From an uncultured delta proteobacterium (GTDB lineage: Bacteria > Desulfobacterota > Binatia > UBA9968): DNA of 64,000 bases. Positions 52,106 through 61,308 of this stretch are shown here, piece after piece. A program made the translations under genes and the position numbers. The number at the start of each line of letters is the position of its first letter. The stretch's first letter is position 1. The notes under the pieces were generated by a model. The model did no database searches and was not told the DNA's origin. It saw nothing but the letters and a program-made list of their open reading frames with translations. Location: positions 32,001 to 96,000 of the forward strand of contig CAWJBB010000034.1 of NCBI GenBank assembly GCA_963840855.1. Direction: 5' to 3'.

Positions 52106-53107
52106 ATGGCTGATGATGCAACTGCTCAGTACGATGTCTTTTTGAGTTATCGTTGGGTAGAACCGGATCAAAGGTGGGTTCGACAACAACTCGTCCCAGC
52201 ATTAGAGAAAGCGGGTCTGAATGTACTTTTGGATGTAGATGATTTCGTGCCAGGGCGAGATTTAATTCTTGAAATGGAACGGGCCGCTTCGTCCTCTACG
52301 AGAGCAATCTGCGTGATTAGTCCGGATTATTTTGAAGGTAATCGAATGGTCCAGTTTGAGAGCCTCATGCTCCGGCGATCTGACCCATCTGGAATGGAAT
52401 CAAAACTCATACCGCTTATATTGCGGCCTGCCATTCTTCCCGAACGTCTCCGCGGCTTAATTGCAGTAGATTGGACGAATCCTGAAAATCACCAACGAGA
52501 ATGGAAAAAACTTCTTCGTGTATTAAATGCAAAACACATAAATGCCCCAGCGCCTCAAAGTATAGGCAGAGCTCAAGATATCCTCCAGGAGGGTTACCAC
52601 GACAGTCGAGTGGAGTTGGTCAGAACCCAGTTGAATCAGCTACACGCGCAGGCACATGATCCAGCTACTTTCCTCCGAAGCAAGATCTTTCCGATTCTGC
52701 GTGGGCTATTTGTTGGCAGGAATACCTTTATCGAGCCCGTTGGTGACTGCCGAGAGGAGAACTGGGCAGAGCGGTTTATCGCGACCATAGAGACGAGGCG
52801 CCTGATAGAGACGTACCGACCAGTCATAATTGACCATGCGAAGCCTGGGGATGAAGAATTGGTGCGTTCGTACGACCAGCTGAATCTCCATAGCTACCTG
52901 CAGGAATTGACGGGGCTCTTCGATCCTCGTCCCGGGGTCAACAAAATCACAGAACAATTTAGAAAAGGGGATGTTGACGCGGTCAAGCTGGAATTGAAAG
53001 GAATAGAGATTCATCCGAAGGAGAGAATCGATTCCAAAGCGATCGAAGCTTGTGACGGAAGGCAAATTGCAATTAAAAGGATCTGGGAGCAATGGCCGGT
53101 CATCTAA
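52106..53107 (+). CDS. TIR domain protein with unrecognised C-terminal domain
   Basis: YDVFLSY, LEKAGL.V.LD..DFVPG, VISPDY, conserved E in VQFES, LIPL; AT-richer than flanks. Confidence 0.85.
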   Translation: MADDATAQYDVFLSYRWVEPDQRWVRQQLVPALEKAGLNVLLDVDDFVPGRDLILEMERAASSSTRAICVISPDYFEGNRMVQFESLMLRRSDPSGMESKLIPLILRPAILPERLRGLIAVDWTNPENHQREWKKLLRVLNAKHINAPAPQSIGRAQDILQEGYHDSRVELVRTQLNQLHAQAHDPATFLRSKIFPILRGLFVGRNTFIEPVGDCREENWAERFIATIETRRLIETYRPVIIDHAKPGDEELVRSYDQLNLHSYLQELTGLFDPRPGVNKITEQFRKGDVDAVKLELKGIEIHPKERIDSKAIEACDGRQIAIKRIWEQWPVI

Positions 53108-53158
53108 AGGGACTAACGTCGTGGACGTCCTCCAACTTCTCTCTGCGAGCCCGATTGC

Positions 53159-53179
53159 CGCCTAATATTGGTTAGGCCG
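53159..53179 (+). other. Integron core site GTTAGGC (53171-53177) at cassette 5' boundary; attI-like or degenerate attC
   Basis: GTTAGGCCG is the exact reverse complement of CGGCCTAAC that opens the downstream attC. Confidence 0.6.
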
Positions 53180-53196
53180 CATTAGACGAACGAACT

Positions 53197-54179
53197 ATGA
53201 TCCTCCTTGCCGCCGTTTACAACCTCAGACTCTCAGAACCGACAGGGAGAGGTGTCCAGATCGCCGACGGGCTCTACTTGACAAACGAGTGTTCCACACA
53301 ACTAGAGCGAATCCTTTCGCGGCCATTCAGGTTTGCAATCGGGGGCAACGAATGCGTCAGCCTCCTGACAGGACCTGCGGCCGTCTATTGGAAAGATGTC
53401 CCGAATGAAGCCGACCCACTTCAAGCCGTTAAGACTCTGACGATGTGGCTGAAATGCTTACGCGGATTTTTCTGGCTTTGTGGGTCGCAAAAGACAACGC
53501 AGTCAACTGTGAAATGGGATTCTTGGAACACGATGTCCCTGGGCAAGGTCTCACGCACACAAGCAACTTCATCGCGGCTTTGTTTTCCAATGCGCGAGGC
53601 GGGAAAGATGAAGTGGAGTTTCGCCTCACGGAGATTCGTCAGGCTCGTCAGTACTTCTCTGACTTCTTTCTTCCCGTGATGTTCGGGCTTCAGGTTGGTA
53701 GTGGTAGTGCACTTGGGCTCACAATGAAGACTCGGCCGGCTGCTGTTAGTGCCAAGGGTGTCCATCGCCTAACTCGGTTCCTGTACTTTCTTTCGGCCGC
53801 ACGTAGCGCCGATGATCTCGGCGTTAAAGTGTCGTTGTATATGACTTGTTTAGAAATCATGTTCTCAACCGAGCCGACGGAGTTGACTCATCGCCTCTCA
53901 GAGCGCGTCGCTTTTTTTCTACGTAGAGATCCCGCCGAACGTCTCGCGGTATACGGGAGTCTCAGGCGGGCGTACGACATTCGGTCGAAGGTTGTTCATG
54001 GTAGCGTGATGTCCGAGCAAAAACAGAAATGGCTGCCCGATGTCGCGAGTGAGATTGATGCGCTCCTCCGAGAGTTGGTGCTCAAAGTAATTGTAGACCA
54101 GGCTTCCCGACAGGTGTTCGACATGAACGACACCGATTTTGAGGATTACTTCGCCCGGCTCACGATCGGCATCCTGTGA
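53197..54179 (+). CDS. ApeA-like HEPN domain protein (frameshift in T-run near 53470)
   Basis: CLEIMF...ELTHRLSERVAFFL...AYDIRSKVVHG with RxxxxH motif; adding one T joins the two ORFs. Confidence 0.78.
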
Positions 54180-54189
54180 TGCGCACTCG

Positions 54190-54277
54190 GCCTAACACGC
54201 CGATGAACTCGGCGTCATTGCGCGGTACCCTCGCTCGCTGCGCTCGCTCGGCGCGGGTTATCGGCAGCCCGTTAGCC
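54190..54277 (+). mobile_element. Integron attC site
   Basis: R'' GCCTAAC; GCCGATGAAC pairs with GTTATCGGC leaving one extrahelical base; R' GTTAGCC; begins 11 nt after the stop. Confidence 0.85.
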
Positions 54278-54347
54278 GGCATAATATGGACTCCTTTGCG
54301 GGTACCTTCATTCCTGATGCTATCTGGAGGTGTGGAGGAATTGAGCC

Positions 54348-54601
54348 ATGAGAAGGATTTTTAAAGTCAAAGCTTTGCCGGGGTATCGGGAACCGTAGAC
54401 CTCTCCGAAAACGTCGGCAAAGGTGTGTTCGTCCTCTGGCTCGACCCGCTTGCCTTCGATCGGGTTCGTATCGGTTCATCAGGCGAACTGGTCTGGGGCG
54501 ATCAGATTGATCTGTGTCCGGATGCGCTCTACCTCAAAGTGACGGGCAAGAAACCGGAAGACATTTTCCCTGCACTACGCAGCCAAGCCACACATGGCTG
54601 A
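54348..54601 (+). pseudogene. DUF2442 protein with internal deletion
   Basis: MRRIFKVKALPGYR / GVSGTVDL...GKGVF...GELVWGDQIDLCPDALY in two frames. Confidence 0.75.
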
Positions 54602-54640
54602 GATCAGCCGTTTCTTAGGCATTGTCATCTCCCTCTTGTT
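54594..54640 (+). pseudogene. DUF4160 N-terminal fragment
   Basis: MAEISRFLGIVIS matches the MPEISRFxGIVI start of DUF4160, then similarity is lost. Confidence 0.6.
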
Positions 54641-54735
54641 TTATCTTCCCTTCCTGACTTTGACGACCTCTCCCAATTTGATTACTCACAGCATCGGGGT
54701 TAAAACGTTCACGTTCGCTGACAAATCGGAAAGGA

Positions 54736-55305
54736 ATGATTCCGGTGGTGAAGTCGACGAAGTCGAAGATGGGTAACCCTACGTGGTCGAATGTAAAGGC
54801 GGCTGTCGCGAACCTAGATGAGCAGCAGTTGGTCGGCTTAGTTGCAGATCTCTATCGCTTCTCCAAGGAGAATCAGGCTTTTCTCCATGCCCGGTTCTCG
54901 GTTGTGGACGATCCGCTTGCTCCTTTCAAGGAAACAATCGATGAATGCATGTACCCGGACATCTTCAAAAACAAACCGATTCAGATTTCCAAAGCAAAAA
55001 AAGCGATCAATGATTACGCGAAGGCCGTGGGAGACCCGCTGGGCGAGGCTGAGTTGATGACCTTCTTTGTCGAGTGCGGCAATCAATACACAGTGGATTT
55101 AGGAGATATAGATGAAAATTTCTATGACGCTCTCAACCTGATGTATCGACGGGCTATTGAAAAGGTATTAAGCCTTCCCGAAGGGCAACAAGACGAGTTC
55201 AAGAAAAGGCTGGAAGCGATCATGACGTCGTCCGCCAATATTGGATGGGGGTATCACGATCAGCTCCGACAAGACTATTACGACGCATTTGATGAGGACG
55301 AGTAG
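54736..55305 (+). CDS. Conserved-looking hypothetical alpha-helical protein
   Basis: 189-aa ORF (PTWSNVK...L...V.DLY..SKEN..FLHARF...GWGYHD); function not recognised. Confidence 0.7.
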   Translation: MIPVVKSTKSKMGNPTWSNVKAAVANLDEQQLVGLVADLYRFSKENQAFLHARFSVVDDPLAPFKETIDECMYPDIFKNKPIQISKAKKAINDYAKAVGDPLGEAELMTFFVECGNQYTVDLGDIDENFYDALNLMYRRAIEKVLSLPEGQQDEFKKRLEAIMTSSANIGWGYHDQLRQDYYDAFDEDE

Positions 55306-55342
55306 TAAGCGGGGTCACATTTTGGAAATTGCATTTGCCGAT

Positions 55343-55393
55343 CGGCAGTGGGGACAACCTCGCCGCTCCAATACCAATCCGGGACGGCCCCGA
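55343..55393 (+). ncRNA. Guanidine-II (mini-ykkC) riboswitch candidate
   Basis: Two GC hairpins, GGGG-ACAA-CCTC and GGG-ACGG-CCC, joined by a short linker directly before the sugE RBS. Confidence 0.62.
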
Positions 55394-55411
55394 ACAGTGA
55401 AAGGAAGGCAT

Positions 55412-55732
55412 ATGGCTTGGGTCATTCTCGTCATCGCGGGGTTGTTTGAAGTAGGTTGGGCCGTCGGGCTCAAGTATACGGAAGGCTTCACAAAGTTGTG
55501 GCCCACGGCTTGGACAGCTCTGGCCATGATCATCAGTCTGTGGCTGCTGGGCATCGCGATGAAATCGCTGCCGGTTGGAACGGCATACAGCGTATGGGTC
55601 GGAGTTGGCGCGGTCGGCACGGTTATCCTTGGGATCGTGCTTCTTGGCGAACCGGCAAACACGGCCCGGCTGATCAGCGTTGCGCTCATCATCGCGGGAA
55701 TCATCGGGCTCAAGCTGGCGACACCCGCCTGA
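55412..55732 (+). CDS. sugE: SMR family guanidinium exporter SugE/Gdx
   Basis: [31 protein letters not shown]...[14 protein letters not shown]. Confidence 0.95.
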   Translation: MAWVILVIAGLFEVGWAVGLKYTEGFTKLWPTAWTALAMIISLWLLGIAMKSLPVGTAYSVWVGVGAVGTVILGIVLLGEPANTARLISVALIIAGIIGLKLATPA

Positions 55733-55753
55733 CTCCACGTCAGATTGTCTGAA

Positions 55754-56521
55754 TTAATTCGCCCAGCCGCTCTCTGAAACGACGACTCGGTTACCTTCCG
55801 GATCGTTAAACTGAATCTGACCTCCAGCACCCTCGGAAATTGCCACGCTGCCATCTTGCAATCGTTTTTTGACCGAAGCGAGATCATTCACCTGGATGCC
55901 GAAGTATTGCACGCCGTTTTTCGGGCGGGTTTGAGTCTTTGTTAGAAGCAATGTCACGGTTCCGTCGCTCAGGCGAATGCTGTCATCGCTTGCGCGGCCG
56001 ACGGCTTCTAATTCGAACTGGCTTTTGTAGAACGAGCAGGCTTCATCCAGATCTGCGACCTGCACGGCGAGCAAACGAACGGCGGGAAGTTTCTTTTCTT
56101 CTCTGCCAAGAAAACCGCGAGACGAAAGATCGACATTGTTGCCCCATGGGTCGATGAAACGGACCTCGGCGGGCCGCGCGCCTTCGGGGCCGCCAACGCC
56201 GGCAGAAACTTGCGGTGTCGTGCCGCGGGCCAAATTTGCCGGCAGCTTCGCCACCGCCTTTTCCAAATTATCAACCATGAAGCCGTAGTGATGTATGCCG
56301 ATCGTCAACTCTTTCTCGCTGCCATCGGCTCGGTGCGTTCCCGCCTCAGCCGCCTCCACCGCCGCGCGCTGTAAAAAAGCCAGATTGAAAAGCGGATCGA
56401 TTACCATGCGCGAGCCGCTGGGAAACACTTTGCATTCCTCGAAGCCAAAATACTTTTGGTAAAAATCGCTTAGTTTTTTGGGTTCCGCTGAAATAAACGC
56501 GATATGTCTCAGTTTGCCCAT
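55754..56521 (-). CDS. Two-domain VOC family protein
   Basis: LRHIAF, GIHHYGFMV, DPWGNNVDLS, DPEGNRV. Confidence 0.8.
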   Translation of the reverse strand: MGKLRHIAFISAEPKKLSDFYQKYFGFEECKVFPSGSRMVIDPLFNLAFLQRAAVEAAEAGTHRADGSEKELTIGIHHYGFMVDNLEKAVAKLPANLARGTTPQVSAGVGGPEGARPAEVRFIDPWGNNVDLSSRGFLGREEKKLPAVRLLAVQVADLDEACSFYKSQFELEAVGRASDDSIRLSDGTVTLLLTKTQTRPKNGVQYFGIQVNDLASVKKRLQDGSVAISEGAGGQIQFNDPEGNRVVVSESGWAN

Positions 56522-56634
56522 GCTTCACCTCCGCGGGTATTGATTCGGTTATAGGTTTGATAATTTCTCCTTCAATGTTGAAACTCTTTGGATTTTAAAT
56601 TATCGAGCGACAAAAACCAATTCAAGAAAACTTA

Positions 56635-56714
56635 TCGCGCCAAGACGCCAAGGCGCAAAGTAAAATTTAATTCTCCGTCCTCCGAACTTGGCGTGCTTAG
56701 CGCCTTTGCGCGAG
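56635..56714. repeat. CGCCAAG/CTTGGCG palindromic repeat
   Basis: tcgcgccaagacgccaaggcgcaaag...cttggcgtgcttagcgcctttgcgcga. Confidence 0.75.
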
Positions 56715-56734
56715 TCACCAAGGCGAAGTTTCTA

Positions 56735-57796
56735 TCAACGAATATTCGGAACCACTCGTTCCATGAAACGGCGCATCGACGCGCGCGTTTGGCTGTCCGT
56801 CAAACCGCCCAGTGCAAAGTTTCCAGCCACGTCCGTCAGGTAGAGCCGCTCACGAACGTATTCCACCTTTTCCCGCACTTCCTCCGCGCTGCCGACAAGC
56901 ACTCGGTTTTGGTCGACCAGTTCCTCGAACGTGAGCCGCTTCATCTGCGCGCGGTGTTTTTCATGACTGCGGTACGACTCGGGATCGGCCATCCCCGGCG
57001 TCAAGCTATGGGCTTGGCTTGCCGCTGACTGGTATTCGGCGAGCCCAACTTCTGCGGCCGCGCGCGCCTCGGCCGAACTTTCACCGACGCAGGCGTGATA
57101 CACCCCCAGCACGCGGGCCGTTGACGCATCATATCCCGCCGCCCGCCGCGCATCGAAGTAAGCCTGCATCTTGAGACGAAGCTCCTCGACTTCGTTCAGG
57201 AACGGAATGAGCATCATGTGAAAGCCATAACGTCCCGACAGCTCGAAGGATTCCACGGACGTCGTCGCCGCCATCCACACCGCCGGATAGGGCTCCTGCA
57301 CCGGGCGCGGATAAACTTGCACGCCGTTGTATTCATGAAAGCGCCCCTTGTGATTTAATCTGGGCTCACTCCAAGCCTTGAGAACCACTTCGAGATTTTC
57401 TTTGAACCGCTCGCGCAAATCATCGAGCGCAATGCCAAACGTGAGCGCTTCCCATTTGACGAAGCCGTGGCCGATGCCGAATTCGACTCTGCCATTACTC
57501 AAGCAATCGAGGGTCGCGTAGTCTTCCGCGACGCGCAGTGGGTTGTGATACGGCAAGAGCAGTACCGCGGTTCCGATGCGCATCCTCGTCGTTCTCTGCG
57601 CGATAGCGGCGCCGATTACCGGTGGCGCGGAAAAGAAACCCGCGAATGGATGAAAGTGATGCTCGGCCAGCCAGACCGAATTGAAGCCGAGTTGCTCGCC
57701 AAACGCTACCTGATCCACGATAGTGCGAAATCGCTCTGCCCCTTCGTTTCGCGTCGCGGGTAATGATGACGGCAAATAGAAAAGACCGAAACTCAT
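56735..57796 (-). CDS. LLM-class flavin-dependent oxidoreductase
   Basis: VWLAEHHF, RIGTAV, RVAEDYATLDCLSNGRVEFGIG, VGSAEEV. Confidence 0.92.
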   Translation of the reverse strand: MSFGLFYLPSSLPATRNEGAERFRTIVDQVAFGEQLGFNSVWLAEHHFHPFAGFFSAPPVIGAAIAQRTTRMRIGTAVLLLPYHNPLRVAEDYATLDCLSNGRVEFGIGHGFVKWEALTFGIALDDLRERFKENLEVVLKAWSEPRLNHKGRFHEYNGVQVYPRPVQEPYPAVWMAATTSVESFELSGRYGFHMMLIPFLNEVEELRLKMQAYFDARRAAGYDASTARVLGVYHACVGESSAEARAAAEVGLAEYQSAASQAHSLTPGMADPESYRSHEKHRAQMKRLTFEELVDQNRVLVGSAEEVREKVEYVRERLYLTDVAGNFALGGLTDSQTRASMRRFMERVVPNIR

Positions 57797-57946
57797 GGCG
57801 GACACATATGACAGTTCACCAGGAATGACAAGGCACAAACCGCGAGCAATCAGCAGTAAAAGGTGAGGCGAAAAGATATCGGGGCGTTAACTAATCGACT
57901 CCTACAATACCCGTAATACGTGTGTAAGGTAGTATCCATTTGATTA

Positions 57947-58075
57947 CCCTGGCCGTCGAGAAGGCGGTGGGTGCGAGGCGGAGCGAGGGCTCGCACCGGA
58001 GCGTACATCGGCAGTACGTGAGGATGCGAGTCCGACGTGACAACGAAGCAAACGCCCCTTATCGGCGGATCAGGG
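57947..58075. repeat. Long imperfect palindrome (MITE/REP-like)
   Basis: ccctg-gccgtcga-gaaggcg / cgcccct-tatcggcgg-atcaggg arms; ctcgca / tgcgag and cgtac / gtacg inner stems. Confidence 0.55.
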
Positions 58076-58290
58076 ACAAGGCAATGTCAAGTTGACTTAT
58101 CGCTACAGTATCTGATACAGGCCCGTCAGATTGATCCCCTGGCAGTCCGCGGTAGCGGTTTTCGCCAAGAACATGCCTTGCCACGATCAAGGGGAACGAT
58201 CTGCCGTGTTGGCGCCAGCGCGCTTTGCAAAGCAAGTTCCTAGCTTGAATGCGCCCGCTCGCAAGCGGCACGCATGAAAGGAGAAACGCT

Positions 58291-59241
58291 ATGAATAGAC
58301 ACGTGAGGGTTTTGGGCCTGGTCTTGGGTCTTACCACCGCGCCGGCAGGCATCACGGCGGCAGCTGAACTCAAATTGATGACGGGGCCGCAGGGCGGCGC
58401 CTGGGTGCCGCTTGGTGGCCAATTGAAGGACATGTGGGAAAAAGCCCTTGCCAACACATCGGTGCAGGCTCTGCCGGGCGCCGGTATCGCCAACGTGCGC
58501 GGTATCGAGGAAGGCAAGACCGACATCGGCTTCGGCAACTCGATTTCGACCGTCGATGCGGTCGCCGGCAAGCCGCCGTTCAATAAACCGCACGACAACG
58601 TGTGCAACCTGGCGACGCTCTACCCGCAATACTTCCAGGTCGTCGTGCGCGCCGATGCCGCGGTCAACTCCATCAAGGATCTCAAGGGCAAGGCCATTGC
58701 CGCCCAACCGCGCGGCAACACCGCCGAGGAGATCACCAAGCAGCTCTTGCAGGTGAACGGGCTCACCTACAACGACGTCAAGATGAGTTTCGTGTCGTAT
58801 ACCGATGCCGTGACCCAGGTGCAGGACGGACACGCGGTCGCCTTCACCGCCGGGACAACAATTCCCTCCAGTGCAGTGATGGACCTCGCCGCTTCGCGCG
58901 AGATCAAGCTGATCGATCTTGCCGACCAGCTCAACGCGATGAAGAAGCTAAATCCGGGCTACACGCTCAATACGATCCCCAAGGGCACCTACCCGAAGCA
59001 GGACAAGGACGTGCAGGTGATCGGTTATGCCACCCACATCGTCGCCTCCTGCAAACTGCCGGAAAACATGGTCTACGGCATGACGAAGGCCATCGCGCAA
59101 AACACCCAGCAGCTCTCCGCCATCGTCAGGGACATCAGGGGACTGACGCCGAAGGGGATGGCCGAGGACATCGGCGTGCCGTTCCACTCCGGCGCGGCCA
59201 AGTTTTACAAGGAAGCCGGCATAACCGTGAAGACGAAATGA
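58291..59241 (+). CDS. TAXI family TRAP transporter solute-binding subunit
   Basis: Signal peptide, TGPQGGAWVPLG, LATLYPQYFQVVV, GTYPKQ, VPFHSGAAKFYKE. Confidence 0.93.
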   Translation: MNRHVRVLGLVLGLTTAPAGITAAAELKLMTGPQGGAWVPLGGQLKDMWEKALANTSVQALPGAGIANVRGIEEGKTDIGFGNSISTVDAVAGKPPFNKPHDNVCNLATLYPQYFQVVVRADAAVNSIKDLKGKAIAAQPRGNTAEEITKQLLQVNGLTYNDVKMSFVSYTDAVTQVQDGHAVAFTAGTTIPSSAVMDLAASREIKLIDLADQLNAMKKLNPGYTLNTIPKGTYPKQDKDVQVIGYATHIVASCKLPENMVYGMTKAIAQNTQQLSAIVRDIRGLTPKGMAEDIGVPFHSGAAKFYKEAGITVKTK

Positions 59242-59301
59242 CTGGATCGGCGGCGCCGACGCAGCTCTTCGACACCAGGCAGCAGAGATCGGGTAGCTCA
59301 G

Positions 59302-61179
59302 GTGCAAAAGATCGACTTCAGTTACAGGGGCCTGATTCGTTTCGCCGTGACGGTGATCGCCGTCGCCATGTGCCTCTATCACATGTGGGTGATCCTGGCC
59401 GGCCAGCCGGAAGCGATCATATTCCGTGGTACGCACCTGCTCTTCGCGCTCGTTCTTGTTTTTCTGATCTACGGGTCCAGGGCAAATGTCCAAAGGCCGA
59501 ATCCGAACGCCATCGACTACGCGTGGCTGGCGCTCGGCGTGGCCTCGCTTCTCTACCTGTTCATCAATTACGAATACGTCGTCACGCGCATTTACTACAT
59601 CGACGAGCTGACGCCGGCGGACATGATCTTCGGCACAATCCTGCTCGTGGTCGTGACCGAAGCGACGCGCCGTTGTGTCGACGTGTCGCTGCCCGTCACC
59701 TCGATTCTGTTCGTCCTGTACGGCCTCTTCATCGCCAGACTCGAACCGATGCGCATCCTCGATCAGCTCTACATGACAACGGAGGGTGTTTTCGGCCAGG
59801 CGCTCGCAGTATCGGCGTCGTTCGTGATCATCTTCGTGATGTTCGGCAGCTTCATGGAGCGAACCGGCGTCGGGCAATTGTTCATGGACTTTGCCATGGC
59901 GCTGACCGGGCACACCGCCGGCGGTCCCGGCAAAGTCTCGGTGATCAGCTCGAGCCTGTTCGGCACGATCTCCGGCAGCGCGGTCGCCAACGTCATGGTT
60001 GACGGAGCGATATCGATCCCGCTGATGAAGCGCTCGGGATTTCCGTCGCACTTTGCCGCCGGCGTCGAGGCGACCGCGTCAACCGGCGGCCAGATCATGC
60101 CGCCGATCATGGGTGCCGCCGCTTTCGTGATGGCTGAGTTTTTGGCAGTCCCTTACAGCCAGGTGGTAATCTGGGCGATCATTCCCGCCATTCTCTACTA
60201 TGTCGCCTGCTTCGCCGCCGTCCACTTCGAGGCCAAACGTCGCGGCATCGTCGGCGTGCCCCGCTCGGAGCTGCCGAAGCTTGGCATCGTGATGGCCGAG
60301 CGCGGCCATCTGTTCCTGCCCATCATCATCCTTCTGGCCGTCATGTATTCGGGCTACAGCGCGCCTCTCGCAGCGCTCGCCGGAACGCTCGCCTGCTTCC
60401 CGGCGGCGGCGTTACGCAAATCGTCGCGCGTCAATGTCACACTGTCCAACATCATCGAGGCGATGGTGGACGGCGCCAAGAACTCGCTCCCGGTCGCCCT
60501 CGCCTGCGCTTCGGCCGGCATCATGATCGGCGTGGTGACGCTGTCCGGGCTGGGCATCGTATTCACGCAATGGGTGGTCGCGCTGGCGCAGGACAGCCTA
60601 TTCATCGCGCTCGTCATGACGATGTTCGCCGGCATCGTGCTCGGCACCGGCCTGCCCACGACGCCGTCCTATATTATCCTGACTGCGTTGCTCATCCCCG
60701 CGATTATGAAGCTCGGCGTGATCGAGCCAGCCGCGCACATGTTCGCCTTCTATTACGCGATTCTCTCGGCGATCACGCCGCCGGTGGCGCTCGCAGTGTT
60801 CGCCGCGGCAGGGCTAGCGAAAGCGGACATGTGGGACAGCGGATGGGCCGCCATGAAGATCGGCGCCGCCGGTTTCATTATCCCGTTCATGTTCGTCTAT
60901 CAGCCAGCGCTGTTGATGATCGGCGATTGGCCGACCATAATCTGGAGCTTCTCGACGGCCTGCGTGGGCATCGCGCTGTTCGCCGGCGGGCTGCACGGCT
61001 ATTTCGTGACGGCCGCTTCCCACTGGCAGCGCGCATTACTCAGCGCCGGCGGCATCTGTCTCGTCTTTCCCGGGGTCTGGACGGATCTTGCGGGAGCCGG
61101 CCTCGCGGCCGTCGTGATCGTCACCCAACTCATCGAGCGCCGCGCCGCCAGCAGCCCGGCCGCTGCACCGACACAATGA
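59302..61179 (+). CDS. TRAP transporter fused 4TM/12TM permease
   Basis: GGPGKVSV, GTISGSAVANV, ASTGGQIMPPIMGAAAF, ITPPVALA. Confidence 0.95.
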   Translation: MQKIDFSYRGLIRFAVTVIAVAMCLYHMWVILAGQPEAIIFRGTHLLFALVLVFLIYGSRANVQRPNPNAIDYAWLALGVASLLYLFINYEYVVTRIYYIDELTPADMIFGTILLVVVTEATRRCVDVSLPVTSILFVLYGLFIARLEPMRILDQLYMTTEGVFGQALAVSASFVIIFVMFGSFMERTGVGQLFMDFAMALTGHTAGGPGKVSVISSSLFGTISGSAVANVMVDGAISIPLMKRSGFPSHFAAGVEATASTGGQIMPPIMGAAAFVMAEFLAVPYSQVVIWAIIPAILYYVACFAAVHFEAKRRGIVGVPRSELPKLGIVMAERGHLFLPIIILLAVMYSGYSAPLAALAGTLACFPAAALRKSSRVNVTLSNIIEAMVDGAKNSLPVALACASAGIMIGVVTLSGLGIVFTQWVVALAQDSLFIALVMTMFAGIVLGTGLPTTPSYIILTALLIPAIMKLGVIEPAAHMFAFYYAILSAITPPVALAVFAAAGLAKADMWDSGWAAMKIGAAGFIIPFMFVYQPALLMIGDWPTIIWSFSTACVGIALFAGGLHGYFVTAASHWQRALLSAGGICLVFPGVWTDLAGAGLAAVVIVTQLIERRAASSPAAAPTQ

Positions 61180-61247
61180 GTCCGCAAAAACGGCGCAAAG
61201 ATAATCAACATATCGAACCTTCACGACGCTCCTAAACGACTGTGCTC

Positions 61248-61284
61248 AAAAAAAATGGGCGACCGTTCATCACGGTCGCCCATT
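61248..61284 (-). terminator. Rho-independent terminator of the UbiD-family gene
   Basis: 13-bp perfect stem AATGGGCGACCGT / ACGGTCGCCCATT followed by a T-run on the minus strand. Confidence 0.85.
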
Positions 61285-61308
61285 CGGCGCTCATAATCGA
61301 ATTTTCGA

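Noticed and set aside
53110-53177. Complete attC after the TIR gene
   Set aside because: GACTAAC and GTTAGGC are present but no convincing complementary L boxes; kept only as a core-site remnant
58209-58230. Sigma54 promoter (TGGC...TTGC) upstream of the TAXI gene
   Set aside because: GG to GC spacing is 14 nt rather than the required 10
58602-60051. Long alternative-frame and antisense ORFs (466 aa, 367 aa) and similar ones elsewhere
   Set aside because: Shadow ORFs of GC-rich genes that overlap well-supported CDSs and have no motifs
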